64,000 nucleotides of DNA from contig CAIOGO010000006.1 in the NCBI GenBank assembly GCA_903857865.1, positions 66,511-130,510 of the forward strand. The letters are read 5' to 3'. This DNA comes from an uncultured bacterium (lineage in GTDB: Bacteria; Bipolaricaulota; Bipolaricaulia; UBA7950; UBA9294). How positions within the stretch are numbered: the stretch's first letter is position 1; each line of letters starts with the position of its first letter. The notes beneath the pieces are model-generated. The model saw nothing but the letters and a program-made list of their open reading frames with translations. It did not search any database and was not told where the DNA came from. A program made the translations under genes and the position numbers. Positions 1 through 9,928 of this stretch are shown here, piece after piece.

Positions 1-212
1 GCCACGTCGCAATAGACGCAGGCCGTCTCGCGCCCGACGAGCGGCCAGATGGCCGTTCCCGCGGACGCGGGAACGGCTAGGGTGCTGTTGGCTCTCGCCG
101 CAGGTGCGGCGAGAGCTAGGGCGGCAGCGAGCACGGTGGCTGCCGCTGCAGTGGCGGCGAAGATCAGAACGAGCAAGACCGCTCGGGTTCGCGCCTTTCT
201 TAGCATCCGCAT
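1..212 (-). CDS. Secreted protein, N-terminal 70 aa only. The gene runs off the window start and is divergent from the Lon-like gene.
   Basis: Reverse-strand translation from ATG at 212..210 gives MRMLRKARTRAVLLVLIFAATAAAATVLAAALALAAPAARANSTLAVPASAG... This is a signal peptide with an AxA cleavage site. An AACGGAG Shine-Dalgarno sits 6 nt upstream, and there are no stops to position 1. Confidence 0.4.
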   Translation of the reverse strand, partial: MRMLRKARTRAVLLVLIFAATAAAATVLAAALALAAPAARANSTLAVPASAGTAIWPLVGRETACVYCDV

Positions 213-244
213 CTCCGTTAGAATCCTAAGCTAAGGAGGACCGC

Positions 245-2743
245 ATGGTCAAAGAATTGGCGAGTCGAGAACTGCGCTACACCTGTGATCCATCCTCTTT
301 CCCCTTTCGGACAACCGCCGACCTCGAACCGCTCGACGAGATCATCGGCCAAGAGCGAGCCGTCGAGGCGTTGAAGCTCGGACTCGGAATCAAGGACGTG
401 AAGAACCGCTACAACATCTACGTGGCGGGCGATCCCGGCACCGGCAAGATGTCCGCCGTCGAGCACTTCCTCAGTCGCGCCAGCGCGAACGAGCCGGCGC
501 CGCCGGACCTGTGCTACGTGCACAACTTCGACAGCCCGTACAACCCGAAGTGCCTCGAACTTCCGGCCGGGAAGGGGCGTCAGCTCCGCAGCGAACTGGA
601 GCAGCACATCAAGCGCCTGCAGCGGGAGATCCCGAAGCTGCTCGAGTCGGACGAGTTCAAGGCGCGCTCGAAGAAGATCACCGAGCGGTTCGGCGAACGG
701 CGCACGACGATGCTCGACGAGATGGAGACGCGCTGCCGCGAGCTCGGATTCGCCATCCAGCGAACGCCGATCGGCATCAACACCCTTCCGCTGCGCGAGA
801 ACGGCGAGCCGCTCAGCCAGGAGGAGTACGACGCCCTGCCCAAGGAGAAGCGCGACGCGATCCGCGACCACCAGGGAGAGGTCCAGGCCGTTGTCCAGGA
901 GCGCCTGCAGGCGGTCGCGCAACTGGACGAAGAGCGAGAGGAAGAGGTCAAGACGCTGGCGAAGGAAGCGGTGCTGTTCATGATCGAGCCCCACTTCGCG
1001 CAGCTCAAGAGTCACTACGAAGGCCTTGCCAGAGTCATCGAGCATCTCGAAGCCGTCAAGCAGAACGTGGCGGATAGCCTCGATGATTTCCAGAGCAACT
1101 CCGGCCAGGCGAAGAAGTCGCCGTTCCCGTTCGTGATGCCCCAGCAGGGCGATCCCTTCAAACGGTACACCGTCAACCTGCTCGTCGATCACGGGGACAC
1201 GCGCGGCGCGCCCGTCGTCGTCGAGCACAACGCGACGTACCCGAATCTCTTCGGGTCGATCGAGCGCCGCGTCCAAATGGGCATCGCGATGACCGACTTC
1301 ACGATGATCAAGCCGGGATCGCTCCACCGCGCGAACGGCGGCTACCTCGCCGTGAACGCCAACAACCTCTTCAGACTCGGCGTCAGCTGGGAGGCCCTCA
1401 AGATCGCCATCAAGCGACGCGAGATCCAGATCGAGGATCCTTGGCAGATGCTCGGCTACTCCACGGCCGAAGGCCTGCGCCCCGAGCCCGTCCCGTTCCG
1501 CATCAAGCTGATCATCATCGGCAGCCCGCTCATCTACGAGCTGCTTCACGTCTATGACGAGGACTTCTCGAAGCTGTTCAACGTCAAGGTCGACTTCGGG
1601 ACCGAGATGGAGCGCACGCCGGAGCACGAGCAAGAGCTGGCGCGGTTCCTCGCCGGCTGCGCCGTGGAAGACCCGACCGTCCTCCCGTTTGCGCCATCCG
1701 GCGTCGCCCGCATGGTCGAGTACGCCGTCGAGCTCGCCGGGGATCAGAAGAAGCTGTCGTGCCAATTCGCGCACCTCGTCTCGATCGCCAAGGAGGCCTC
1801 GTACTGGGCACGCGTCGACGCCTCGCCGAACGTCGACGCGGCGCACGCCGACCGCGCCATCGCCGAGCGCGACTATCGCCTCGCGCGCATCGACGAGAAG
1901 ATCCGCGAGATGATCGCGCGCGGACAGCTATTCATCGACACGGACGGCGAACGGGTGGGCCAGCTGAACGGCCTTGCCGTGCTCCAGCTCGGCGAGTATG
2001 CATTCGGAAAACCGTCGCGCATCACCGCCACCGTGCAGGCCGGAAAGGGCGGCATCGTCGACATCGAGCGGGAGGCCAAGCTCGGCGGCAACACGCACTC
2101 CAAGGGCATCCTCATCCTCAAGGGCTACCTCGGCGAGCGCTTCGCGCGCAAGAAACCGCTGTCGTTCACCGCGCATCTGACCTTCGAGCAGAGCTACTCG
2201 ATGATTGACGGGGACAGCGCGTCGAGCGCCGAGTTGTACGCGCTCTTGTCCGCCCTATCGGGAGTTCCTCTCCGCCAAGGCCTGGCTGTGACAGGTTCCG
2301 TGAACCAGCGCGGCGAGATCCAGCCGATCGGCGGCGTGAACGAGAAGATCGAGGGCTTCTTTCGCGCCTGCCGCGAGCGCGGCCTCACCGGCAGCCAGGG
2401 CGTCCTCATCCCCCGCGCGAACATCGACAACCTGATGTTGTCGAAGGACGTCATCGACGCTGTGGCGTCGAGCACATTCCACATCTACCCGGTGTCGACG
2501 ATCGAAGAGGGAATCGAGATCCTGAGCGGCCTCGCCGCAGGCGGCATAGCCGCCGGCATTGCCGCCGGAACTCCCGACGAGAAGGGCGTCGCGCGTCTGG
2601 ACGGCGCGTACCCGGAGGAGAGCGTGTTCGGCCGCGTCGCCGCGCGCCTCGACGCCATGCGCCAACCCGAAGACACGAAGATGAACGACGAAAACGAGAA
2701 GAAGCCGGCGCACGATGCGAACGGGGGAGAGGACTCAACATAG
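245..2743 (+). CDS. Lon-like ATP-dependent protease of the LonC/YcbZ (COG1067) type, with a Lon-insertion coiled-coil domain
   Basis: 832 aa. Walker A GDPGTGKM is present. A long charged coiled-coil insert lies inside the AAA module. The C-terminal Lon proteolytic domain reads DGDSASSAELYALLSALSGVPL...AVTGSVNQRGEIQPIGGVNEKIEGFF, giving the Ser-Lys dyad context. An AAGGAGG Shine-Dalgarno sits 6 nt upstream of the ATG. Confidence 0.85.
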   Translation: MVKELASRELRYTCDPSSFPFRTTADLEPLDEIIGQERAVEALKLGLGIKDVKNRYNIYVAGDPGTGKMSAVEHFLSRASANEPAPPDLCYVHNFDSPYNPKCLELPAGKGRQLRSELEQHIKRLQREIPKLLESDEFKARSKKITERFGERRTTMLDEMETRCRELGFAIQRTPIGINTLPLRENGEPLSQEEYDALPKEKRDAIRDHQGEVQAVVQERLQAVAQLDEEREEEVKTLAKEAVLFMIEPHFAQLKSHYEGLARVIEHLEAVKQNVADSLDDFQSNSGQAKKSPFPFVMPQQGDPFKRYTVNLLVDHGDTRGAPVVVEHNATYPNLFGSIERRVQMGIAMTDFTMIKPGSLHRANGGYLAVNANNLFRLGVSWEALKIAIKRREIQIEDPWQMLGYSTAEGLRPEPVPFRIKLIIIGSPLIYELLHVYDEDFSKLFNVKVDFGTEMERTPEHEQELARFLAGCAVEDPTVLPFAPSGVARMVEYAVELAGDQKKLSCQFAHLVSIAKEASYWARVDASPNVDAAHADRAIAERDYRLARIDEKIREMIARGQLFIDTDGERVGQLNGLAVLQLGEYAFGKPSRITATVQAGKGGIVDIEREAKLGGNTHSKGILILKGYLGERFARKKPLSFTAHLTFEQSYSMIDGDSASSAELYALLSALSGVPLRQGLAVTGSVNQRGEIQPIGGVNEKIEGFFRACRERGLTGSQGVLIPRANIDNLMLSKDVIDAVASSTFHIYPVSTIEEGIEILSGLAAGGIAAGIAAGTPDEKGVARLDGAYPEESVFGRVAARLDAMRQPEDTKMNDENEKKPAHDANGGEDST

Positions 2744-2783
2744 ACGTTGACCAAGGCCGCGCAGCGACCAAGGATAGAGAAGA

Positions 2784-3434
2784 ATGCAGAGAGGAGAGCG
2801 CATGCAGAGACTTGGGAAGGTTCTTTCGCTCGCGATCGTCGCCGTTGCGGTCGCGGCGTTGACGGGCTGTTTCCTCCAGAGTGCGCCGCGCGCGCAGTTC
2901 ACGACCACGCCGGCCTACGACTACCCACCGCTTGACGTCACCTTCGACGCGTCCTCATCGTCGAGCCCGAACGGCCCGATCGTGAACTACAGCTGGGACC
3001 TCGGCGACGGCACCACGGCGGGCGGGGTGATCGTCACGCACACCTACGTCGAGAAAGGCGTCTACGAGGTCACGCTCGAAGTGCGCGACTCCGCCGGGGA
3101 GACGGGAGTGCGCACGAAGAGTGTCGAGGCACTGAATCGACCGCCAGTCGCGCGCTTCGCGGCCAACGTGTACACGACCGGCGTGAACCAGCCGGTGTGG
3201 TTCAACGCCGCCGAGTCGTACGACCCTGACGGCGAGATCGTCGAGTACGTCTGGTCGTTCGGCGACGGCGAGACGGACGAGGGCGTGCTGGTCGAGCATG
3301 AGTACACGACCGCCGGCGGGACCGGATGGCGCCCCCAGATCACGCTCACCGTGGTCGACGACAACGGAGGCACCGACTCGGTTTCGAAGCAGATCCTCGT
3401 CGTCGGCTGTGACAGTTGCGGCGGCGGAGGTTGA
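2784..3434 (+). CDS. PKD-domain lipoprotein with two PKD repeats
   Basis: Lipobox AALTGC. PKD signatures are LDVTFDASSS...YSWDLGDGT and VWFNAAESYDPDGEIVEYVWSFGDGE. The protein ends CDSCGGGG. Confidence 0.8.
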   Translation: MQRGERMQRLGKVLSLAIVAVAVAALTGCFLQSAPRAQFTTTPAYDYPPLDVTFDASSSSSPNGPIVNYSWDLGDGTTAGGVIVTHTYVEKGVYEVTLEVRDSAGETGVRTKSVEALNRPPVARFAANVYTTGVNQPVWFNAAESYDPDGEIVEYVWSFGDGETDEGVLVEHEYTTAGGTGWRPQITLTVVDDNGGTDSVSKQILVVGCDSCGGGG

Positions 3435-3630
3435 GCCGCGCCGCCGTCAAGCCTGTCCAGTCTCACAGCAGTGTCTACAGCGCTAACCGCAGAGCGCGCG
3501 GAGAATCGCGGAGACGACGGGGCCGACCGAATCCGACCTGTCGGAAGCTTGGAGCGGAGCCCTGGAGTCGCCGAGTGACTCGAGGATCAAGTAGCAACTC
3601 TTCTTCTAGAGAACACGATGATCATGAAAG

Positions 3631-3666
3631 GAGAAGGGCCGTTCCCCACGGAACGGCCCTTCTCCC
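3631..3666. terminator. Bidirectional rho-independent terminator between convergent PKD genes
   Basis: A perfect hairpin GGAGAAGGGCCGTTCC-CCAC-GGAACGGCCCTTCTCC. A second hairpin, CAGCTGCTGGC-CGAAA-GCCAGCAGC, follows. Confidence 0.55.
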
Positions 3667-3692
3667 AAGCTGCTGGCCGAAAGCCAGCAGCC

Positions 3693-4712
3693 CTACTCGT
3701 CGACCGGCTGCGCCAACGTGAGGTTCACGATCGCCGTACCCTGGAGCCCCTGGTCGTCGTAGACGTAGAGCCGCACGACGAAGGTGCGCGACGGGGAAGA
3801 CAGCTCGTAGACGTGGACCACTTCGAGGTCGCTCGTCTCGACCAGCGTCCTACCGTCCCCGAAGTCCCACGCATAGTAGTCGAGCGAGTGCCCGGCGTCG
3901 GCCGACGAACCCCGCGGATCGAAGGAGACCTCGTACAGCGTAGGAGTCGACGCTGGACTCGGGGAGTGGTAGAGAACGAGCGGATCCGACATCGTGAACT
4001 CGGCGACCGGATCGTCGCCGCTCGTACTGCCCTCCGGCACGATGACGATGATGCGCACCTGTTCGGTATCGACCGCGCTGTCCGAGTTCCACACAAACAG
4101 CGTGGCCGTGAACTCCTCGGTGGCCTCAGGCGTGTAGGTGTGCCGCACCTCGGCCCCGTTCGACGTCGCGCCGTCGCCGAAGTCCCAGCGATATTGGGCG
4201 ATCGTCCCCGTGCCCGCCGTCGACGTTCGCCCGTCGAACGCCACGGATAGCGGCGTCATCCCAATGAAACGGTCGACCGAGATGCGTGCCACCGGAGACC
4301 CGGTCCCACTACTGCCGCCGCTCGACGGCTGAACCTCGATCGTTTGCGCCGTCTCATCGCTCGCCCCACCGCCGTCGGTGACGCGTAACGTCACGGTGAA
4401 CACCTTCGCCTCGGTGAGCGCGAGGAACGTGTGGTGCGCCAATGCCTCCGACGCCGTTGCTCCCGCATCGCCGAAGTCCCACTCGTACGTCCTGATCTCG
4501 CCCTCCGGGTCGACCGACTCGGACGCGTCGAACGTCACCACGAGCGGCGAGTTGCCGGCGAGCGGCGTCGCCGTGATCACAGCCGTCGGCGCCTGGTTGA
4601 ACAGCATGCAGCCGCAGAAGAAGAGGAGCGATGAGACAAGCGCTCCCAGGTACCCCACCCTCATCCATCGAGCAGCTTGACTCACCGTCTCCTCCTCTGC
4701 CTGCTGAACCAC
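3693..4712 (-). CDS. PKD-domain lipoprotein with three PKD repeats
   Basis: Lipobox LLFFCGC. Repeats are VTFDASESVDPEGEIRTYEWDFGDAG, AFDGRTSTAG..YRWDFGDGA and YYAWDFGDGR. The start is either GTG at 4712, 6 nt after the upstream stop, or ATG at 4664. Confidence 0.75.
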   Translation of the reverse strand: MVQQAEEETVSQAARWMRVGYLGALVSSLLFFCGCMLFNQAPTAVITATPLAGNSPLVVTFDASESVDPEGEIRTYEWDFGDAGATASEALAHHTFLALTEAKVFTVTLRVTDGGGASDETAQTIEVQPSSGGSSGTGSPVARISVDRFIGMTPLSVAFDGRTSTAGTGTIAQYRWDFGDGATSNGAEVRHTYTPEATEEFTATLFVWNSDSAVDTEQVRIIVIVPEGSTSGDDPVAEFTMSDPLVLYHSPSPASTPTLYEVSFDPRGSSADAGHSLDYYAWDFGDGRTLVETSDLEVVHVYELSSPSRTFVVRLYVYDDQGLQGTAIVNLTLAQPVDE

Positions 4713-4718
4713 TCAGGC

Positions 4719-6332
4719 CTACAGATCGCTCGGGCCTTCGACGCCCGCCTTCAGCGTTACCGTGCGCGAGAAAGGTGCCGACTCGTAGCCTAGCCAGTCC
4801 TCGGCCGTCATGGTGATCGTCTTGATCGTGCCGTCGACGGTCACATTCTGGTAGACGTGGATCATGATAGCGTCGCCGCCAAACGGCATCGCCGTCAGGG
4901 TGGCGTAGCTGTACTGATCGAGCGCTGAACCGTCGCCCCAGTTGACGTACAGGTACCGAATCCCCCAACCCTTGTTGTTCGGCCAGTTTGGGAACCACGT
5001 CGGGGGATTCGCCGCCCAGGTCTGACCTTCCGGATCGTACGAGAAGTTGTGGTCATCGTAGCCCGTCGGTGCGCTCGGCGTCGTCGACGAAATCGCAGCG
5101 CCCGTGGCCGTCTGGAGATCGTGCTGGTTCTTCGTCCCGTCAAGACCGAACCAGCGGACGTCGGGGATCTTCCTCGAGCGGATGACCACGGGCACGTTCG
5201 CGCTGAACGCCGGATATGGGGTGGTACTGATCTCTTGCAGGTCGCCGTAGACGACGTCGTCGGCCTGCCAGATCGCTCCTGCGGCGTACGCCGCAGCCTC
5301 GCTGGCATAGACCTCCACTCCCGGTCCTGCCGTGTCCCCGCCCGGGGGGTTCGCGATGTCGAACCCGGCAATCGGCCGATGGTTGTACGCCTTCACCGTC
5401 TTCGTGATCGAGTCGCTCGCACCCTCGTTGTCGAGGACGAGGAGGGTGACGGAGAAGACCTCGCTCGAGGTGTCGGTCGTGTAGACATGAGTCTGGCTCG
5501 TCGCGTTGATGCTCGACGTCGCAGAAGTGTCGCCGAACGACCACGTGTAGAGGATCAACGTGCGGCCGTTGGCCGCTTCGGAGTCCGCCGGGTCGAACGC
5601 CACCTGCAGCGGCGCGACGCCGAGGCTGTCGGTCTGGATGTCGAACCGCGCGCTTGGGGCGCCCGCGGCCGGCGTTCCGCCATCGCCGCTCGTCGAGACC
5701 GACACGGTCTTCGACGCCGTGGCCGTCTTCCCGTCCGACGCACGCACGAGCAAGGTCACCGTGAACGACTGACTCCCCGAACTGAAGAAGGTGTGGGTCA
5801 CGACCTTGCCGAACCCGTTGCCGCCATCGCCGAACGTCCACTCGTAGGCCGCGATCGTCCCGGCCGCGTACGACGAGCCGGACGCGTCAAACGTGACGTT
5901 GACCGGCGATGTGCCCGACGTCGGGCTCGCGGTGAAACTTGCGCTGGGACCCGCCGGCTCGGCCGCGGTGACGTAGACCGTCTTCGCCGCCTGGTCCGCC
6001 GCGTCCCAGTTGTCGGTCACGGTGAGGATGATGGTGTACGTTCCCACCGCGGTGTACGTGTGACCCACCGACCTTCCGGTCCCCACAGCGCCGTCGCCGA
6101 AGTCCCACGAGTAGGTCTTGATCTCGCCATCCGAATCGCTCGACGGCGCGCCGCTCAAGGTCACCGCGAACGGCACCGGCCCCGTCGTGCTCGGACCGAT
6201 GGTGAACCCCGCCACTGGGAGCTTGTTGAACAAGGCGCAGCTTGCCAGAGCCAGCACCAACACGCTCATCCCAACGACGCAACTGAGAAGAATCAGCGTG
6301 CGCGTCGACATCTTCCGTACCCCACGTTTCAC
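4719..6332 (-). CDS. PKD-domain lipoprotein with four to five PKD repeats
   Basis: Lipobox ALASCALFNK. Repeated ...TFDASGS...Y.WDFGDG... modules are present. Confidence 0.8.
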   Translation of the reverse strand: MKRGVRKMSTRTLILLSCVVGMSVLVLALASCALFNKLPVAGFTIGPSTTGPVPFAVTLSGAPSSDSDGEIKTYSWDFGDGAVGTGRSVGHTYTAVGTYTIILTVTDNWDAADQAAKTVYVTAAEPAGPSASFTASPTSGTSPVNVTFDASGSSYAAGTIAAYEWTFGDGGNGFGKVVTHTFFSSGSQSFTVTLLVRASDGKTATASKTVSVSTSGDGGTPAAGAPSARFDIQTDSLGVAPLQVAFDPADSEAANGRTLILYTWSFGDTSATSSINATSQTHVYTTDTSSEVFSVTLLVLDNEGASDSITKTVKAYNHRPIAGFDIANPPGGDTAGPGVEVYASEAAAYAAGAIWQADDVVYGDLQEISTTPYPAFSANVPVVIRSRKIPDVRWFGLDGTKNQHDLQTATGAAISSTTPSAPTGYDDHNFSYDPEGQTWAANPPTWFPNWPNNKGWGIRYLYVNWGDGSALDQYSYATLTAMPFGGDAIMIHVYQNVTVDGTIKTITMTAEDWLGYESAPFSRTVTLKAGVEGPSDL

Positions 6333-6526
6333 CTTCGGCCTCCTTCAGCGCTCGCAACGAGGCATGATGCCAGCACAACACTAGTCCGGGGTTCGTCAAA
6401 CGTCAATCGGGATCCGGTACTTGCGAGGAGGACCCGTGTCCGTGCCGGGCGGGGCATGTGGCCGTCGGCTGTCTCTGCGAGACAGCTGCCGCTCCGGGGA
6501 GCGGCCTTCTCCTGGCCACAAAGACG

Positions 6527-6552
6527 AGGGGACGGCCCGCGCGGGCCGTCCC
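6527..6552 (-). terminator. Terminator hairpin downstream of paralog A
   Basis: GGGGACGGCCCGCGCGGGCCGTCCCC, a perfect GC-rich hairpin. Confidence 0.45.
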
Positions 6553-6574
6553 CCACAACCCAGTTCGCTTCACG

Positions 6575-9500
6575 TCATCGACGGATGAACACAGTTCCCT
6601 TGCCGCTGAACGTGTCCGTCCCATCCGTCGCCGTCATCAGGTAGATGTAGGCACCGTTGGCGAGGGGCTGACAGTCGCTCGCTGTGCCGTCCCAAACGAT
6701 CTGCGTCACGTTTCCCAACTCGTTCGCCCATACCAGATGACCTGCGAGGTCGTAGACCTCGACCGACATCACCGAGGCAATGCCGGTTCCGTTGTATCCA
6801 AACGTTACAGCGCCGGCCGACGGACTCGGCCCCGCGTAGAAGCTCGTGACATCCAGCTTGCTCGCGACGATCAGGATCGTGTCACTCGACGTGTCCGTAG
6901 GATCCGTGGGATCCTTGTACGTCGCCGTGATCGTGGCCCCTGCAGCCAAGTTGAGATCGAGGCCCGTGGTCACGAAGGCATTCTCGGCCCACCCTGCGGG
7001 GTGGGCTAGAGAGAATGCTTGTCCGTCGATCGTGACGGCATTCTCTAGCAGGGATGCGCCGGCGTGGGACGGGTCGACGACCTTCACGTACACGAGATCC
7101 GTGTCCGTGTAGCTTGTCACCGCCGCCCCCGTCACGTCCACGAACGCCGTCGTCGACGCCTGGGACGGAGGAGTGCCGCCACCGCCAATGGCCACCTTAA
7201 TCTGGATTATCGCCGAGTCGCTGTGGTTCGACGGATCCTGGTAGAAGGCCACCACCGTATCGCCCGGCAGCGCGCCAAGCGTCGGCACGCACGTGTACAC
7301 GTTCACGAGATCGACGCAGATGACCGACACGAAGTCTCCCGTGGTGACGCCCGTCTCCAGGAGGTCGAGCGCCGCCCAGAAACCGCTCCGCGGGTTCAAG
7401 ACGTAGATCTTCGCGTTGTCGTTGTCGTCGGTGGCTGGCGTTGTGTCGAAGATGTTCGTATCCCCTAGCAGGGAGTTCACAAAGTGGCCGTAGGTGTCGT
7501 CGGGTTCCGGGCAGTGCCAGTAGTTGTACGCCTCGGGCCCGAACGGCAGATTCTGTCCACCGTCCCAGAACCCGTCAATGCGCTCCCGACGGAGGATGTC
7601 CTCGTTCTGATCCGGGTCCACCACTTCGATGAACACGCAGTCCAAGTTCACGTACCCGTTCACGCGATTGCCCTGCCGGTCGAGGAAGTACATCGTGACC
7701 GACTGGCCGTTATAGACCTGCGTGTCGCCAATCGACATCAGGTCGAACGACACGTCATTCCCCACGCGGACACGATCGATCCGCGGTCCCGAGTAGGCCG
7801 TGCTCGTGTCGGAATCGCCTAGGCCGATCATGCCTTGGAGGCCGTCCACGTAATCCACGTCGTTGTATCGGACGTAGATGTCGTCCTCGTTGAACGCCTC
7901 GAGCTTCCAGTTGTCGAGCACAAGCTGGTATCCACCCATCAAGCCGGCAACTCCCACGCCGAGAGCATCCCAGACCGGCAGGAGCTCCATTCCCGCGTTC
8001 GAGAAGAAGACCGGCGAGTTCGAGCTCGTCTCGTCGAGCGGCCAGAACTCCCCGTCGTCCTCATCGTGCGGATCGCAGATATGAACCACGACCTGCTCCG
8101 GGCAGCACGAGTCGACGTTCGCGTTCGCGTCGATCACCTGCACGTACACCGGGTCGCGACCGATCCAGAAGAGCTTCTTGTCCTGGCGCGTCGCATCCGT
8201 GAACGACACGATCGAGTGCATCTTTTCCTCGATGTACGCCGCGTCCAGCTTGAAGTCGTCTTCGTCGTTCGGGTCAAGGTAGTAGGCCACGAGCACGTCG
8301 CGAACGTCCAGGCTGTCGAACCCAAGATCGACGAGGAGCGAGTTCAGGTTCAGCTGGAACACGCCCGTATTCGGACCCGTCTCCTGCGCGTAGAACGAGA
8401 CGGCCGTCACCCCGTTCGCGCTTGCCGTGTCAAACAGGGTCCCGTGATAGACAGGATTGAAGACTCCAGCCTTCGGGTATTGGATGTAGTAGCGCCCATC
8501 CTTCGCTCCCAGCGTGCCGTAGTCGTTCTTCTCGGAATTGTAGATGTTGAACCAGCGAATCGGACGGTTGGTATAGTCGGTGGTCGGTGGAAGCGCCGGA
8601 TCCTGCGCCACCGTGTAGTTCCCAGCGATGCCGCCCGTGCGCTTCAGCATACAGAAGTTGTTGGGGCTGTCGCCCGTCGTCAAGGCTGGGTCGTCAGCGG
8701 AGTTCGTCGGGTTCCATGACCCTGGGTTCACCAGGATGAATACCGGGACAACCTCCACCTCGTTGCAGTTCAAGTTTTCGTCTGCATCGGTGACGATGAT
8801 CGTCGCCGCTTCGTTCCCATCCTTGTAGATCTCTCGGTCCCACGCGATCGTCGCCTCGGTGTCGATGACCTTCATCATCGCCGTCGCGACGTCTGTGTCG
8901 TCGTTCGGGTCCTGATACATCCCAATGAGCGTGTCCATGTTCTCGAACCGGCCGACCAGCCAAGAAGCGGGAGAAGCCGTGTCGCGATTCCCATTCAGGC
9001 TGGAGGGAAGGACATACGCCGATAGCGGCAGGTCGATGTACCCGGACCCAAACGCTGCGGAGTTCCCTGTGACCGCGCCGACCCAGTGGAGCCAATCGCC
9101 GTCCGCGTTGCTCCCACCCTTCGTCTCGTTGTGCAGATCGGCGTAGAAGTAGTTGCCCCACTTGAACTCATCCGGCGGCGACGACGGCGTGTCGACGACG
9201 TGCGTTCCCTTCCACGGCTCGCCGGAGGCGAAGCTCTCGCGGGTCCCAATCTGAAACGCGTGGCTGCTGACGAAGAGCCCCGTGTCGGCGCCCGTCTCTT
9301 CGAGATAGTCTTCGGCAAGCGACCCGGGATTGCCAGGGAAGTGCCCCTTGTACGGGACGTAGTCTTCGTCGTCGTACGGATCGGACCAGCCCTTTCCAGT
9401 TAGGTCAGCGTAGCTCTTCCAGACGATGTAGGCGCCCGTCTTCGGGTCCATGATCTTGACGTCGGTCCAGATCTTGTCGCGCACGTCGCAGTCGATGTTC

Positions 9501-9673
9501 TCGTCCGTGTCGTGAATGACAATCCAAACCGAGTTCCCTTCCTGGACGTTCGTCACTCGGTTCTGCCCGTTCTTGTCGGACGCGAAGTACATCTCCGCGT
9601 TCGAGGCAGCCAGACCGAGCGACGCAATGACCAGGAAGAGGACGCCTACCCACACTGCCCTACGCATCCTCAT
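6575..9673 (-). CDS. Large secreted protein, paralog A, with a T9SS-type (FlgD-Ig-like) C-terminal sorting domain
   Basis: Start ATG at 9673 (MRMRRAVWVGVLFLVIASLGLAASNA signal peptide, GGGAGG Shine-Dalgarno). The C-terminus reads ...SVEVYDLAGHLVWANE...WDGT...NGAYIYLMTATDG...GKGTVFIRR, which matches the Por-secretion C-terminal domain pattern. About 60 % identical to the 10974..14057 protein. Confidence 0.8.
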   Translation of the reverse strand: MRMRRAVWVGVLFLVIASLGLAASNAEMYFASDKNGQNRVTNVQEGNSVWIVIHDTDENIDCDVRDKIWTDVKIMDPKTGAYIVWKSYADLTGKGWSDPYDDEDYVPYKGHFPGNPGSLAEDYLEETGADTGLFVSSHAFQIGTRESFASGEPWKGTHVVDTPSSPPDEFKWGNYFYADLHNETKGGSNADGDWLHWVGAVTGNSAAFGSGYIDLPLSAYVLPSSLNGNRDTASPASWLVGRFENMDTLIGMYQDPNDDTDVATAMMKVIDTEATIAWDREIYKDGNEAATIIVTDADENLNCNEVEVVPVFILVNPGSWNPTNSADDPALTTGDSPNNFCMLKRTGGIAGNYTVAQDPALPPTTDYTNRPIRWFNIYNSEKNDYGTLGAKDGRYYIQYPKAGVFNPVYHGTLFDTASANGVTAVSFYAQETGPNTGVFQLNLNSLLVDLGFDSLDVRDVLVAYYLDPNDEDDFKLDAAYIEEKMHSIVSFTDATRQDKKLFWIGRDPVYVQVIDANANVDSCCPEQVVVHICDPHDEDDGEFWPLDETSSNSPVFFSNAGMELLPVWDALGVGVAGLMGGYQLVLDNWKLEAFNEDDIYVRYNDVDYVDGLQGMIGLGDSDTSTAYSGPRIDRVRVGNDVSFDLMSIGDTQVYNGQSVTMYFLDRQGNRVNGYVNLDCVFIEVVDPDQNEDILRRERIDGFWDGGQNLPFGPEAYNYWHCPEPDDTYGHFVNSLLGDTNIFDTTPATDDNDNAKIYVLNPRSGFWAALDLLETGVTTGDFVSVICVDLVNVYTCVPTLGALPGDTVVAFYQDPSNHSDSAIIQIKVAIGGGGTPPSQASTTAFVDVTGAAVTSYTDTDLVYVKVVDPSHAGASLLENAVTIDGQAFSLAHPAGWAENAFVTTGLDLNLAAGATITATYKDPTDPTDTSSDTILIVASKLDVTSFYAGPSPSAGAVTFGYNGTGIASVMSVEVYDLAGHLVWANELGNVTQIVWDGTASDCQPLANGAYIYLMTATDGTDTFSGKGTVFIRR

Positions 9674-9872
9674 CGCAACCTCCCGCGTTTCAGAGCAAGC
9701 CATCACCGGGGCCGAGCCCCGTCCGTACCCTGCTCGACCGTCACCACCATGTCGATTCAATCATCGTCAGGATAGGCGGCGGCGAGGCCGCCGTCCAGTC
9801 AACGCGCACGGCGCCGCGCCCCGCGCGCGGCGCGCGGCGCCCCGCACGTCCGTGTCCACGAGTGCGTACAAA

Positions 9873-9898
9873 GGAAGCGGGGTGGAGTTTCCTCCACC
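9873..9898 (-). terminator. Terminator hairpin downstream of the PorV-like gene
   Basis: On the minus strand, GCGGGGTGGAG-GAAA-CTCCACCCCGC followed by TTCCTTTGTAC. Confidence 0.5.
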
Positions 9899-9928
9899 CC
9901 GCCACAAGCGAAACTGGAACCGTGTCCC

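Noticed and set aside
218-1846. 542-aa ORF on the minus strand
   Set aside because: It is antisense to the Lon-like gene, which has unambiguous Walker A and Lon protease motifs. The translation is Arg/Leu/Asp-rich and low-complexity, as expected of antisense frames in high-GC DNA.
5049-6644. 531-aa ORF on the plus strand
   Set aside because: It is antisense to the PKD lipoprotein gene 4719..6332. The translation is extremely Arg-rich (RRCARRRRRNRSARGR...) and has no motifs.
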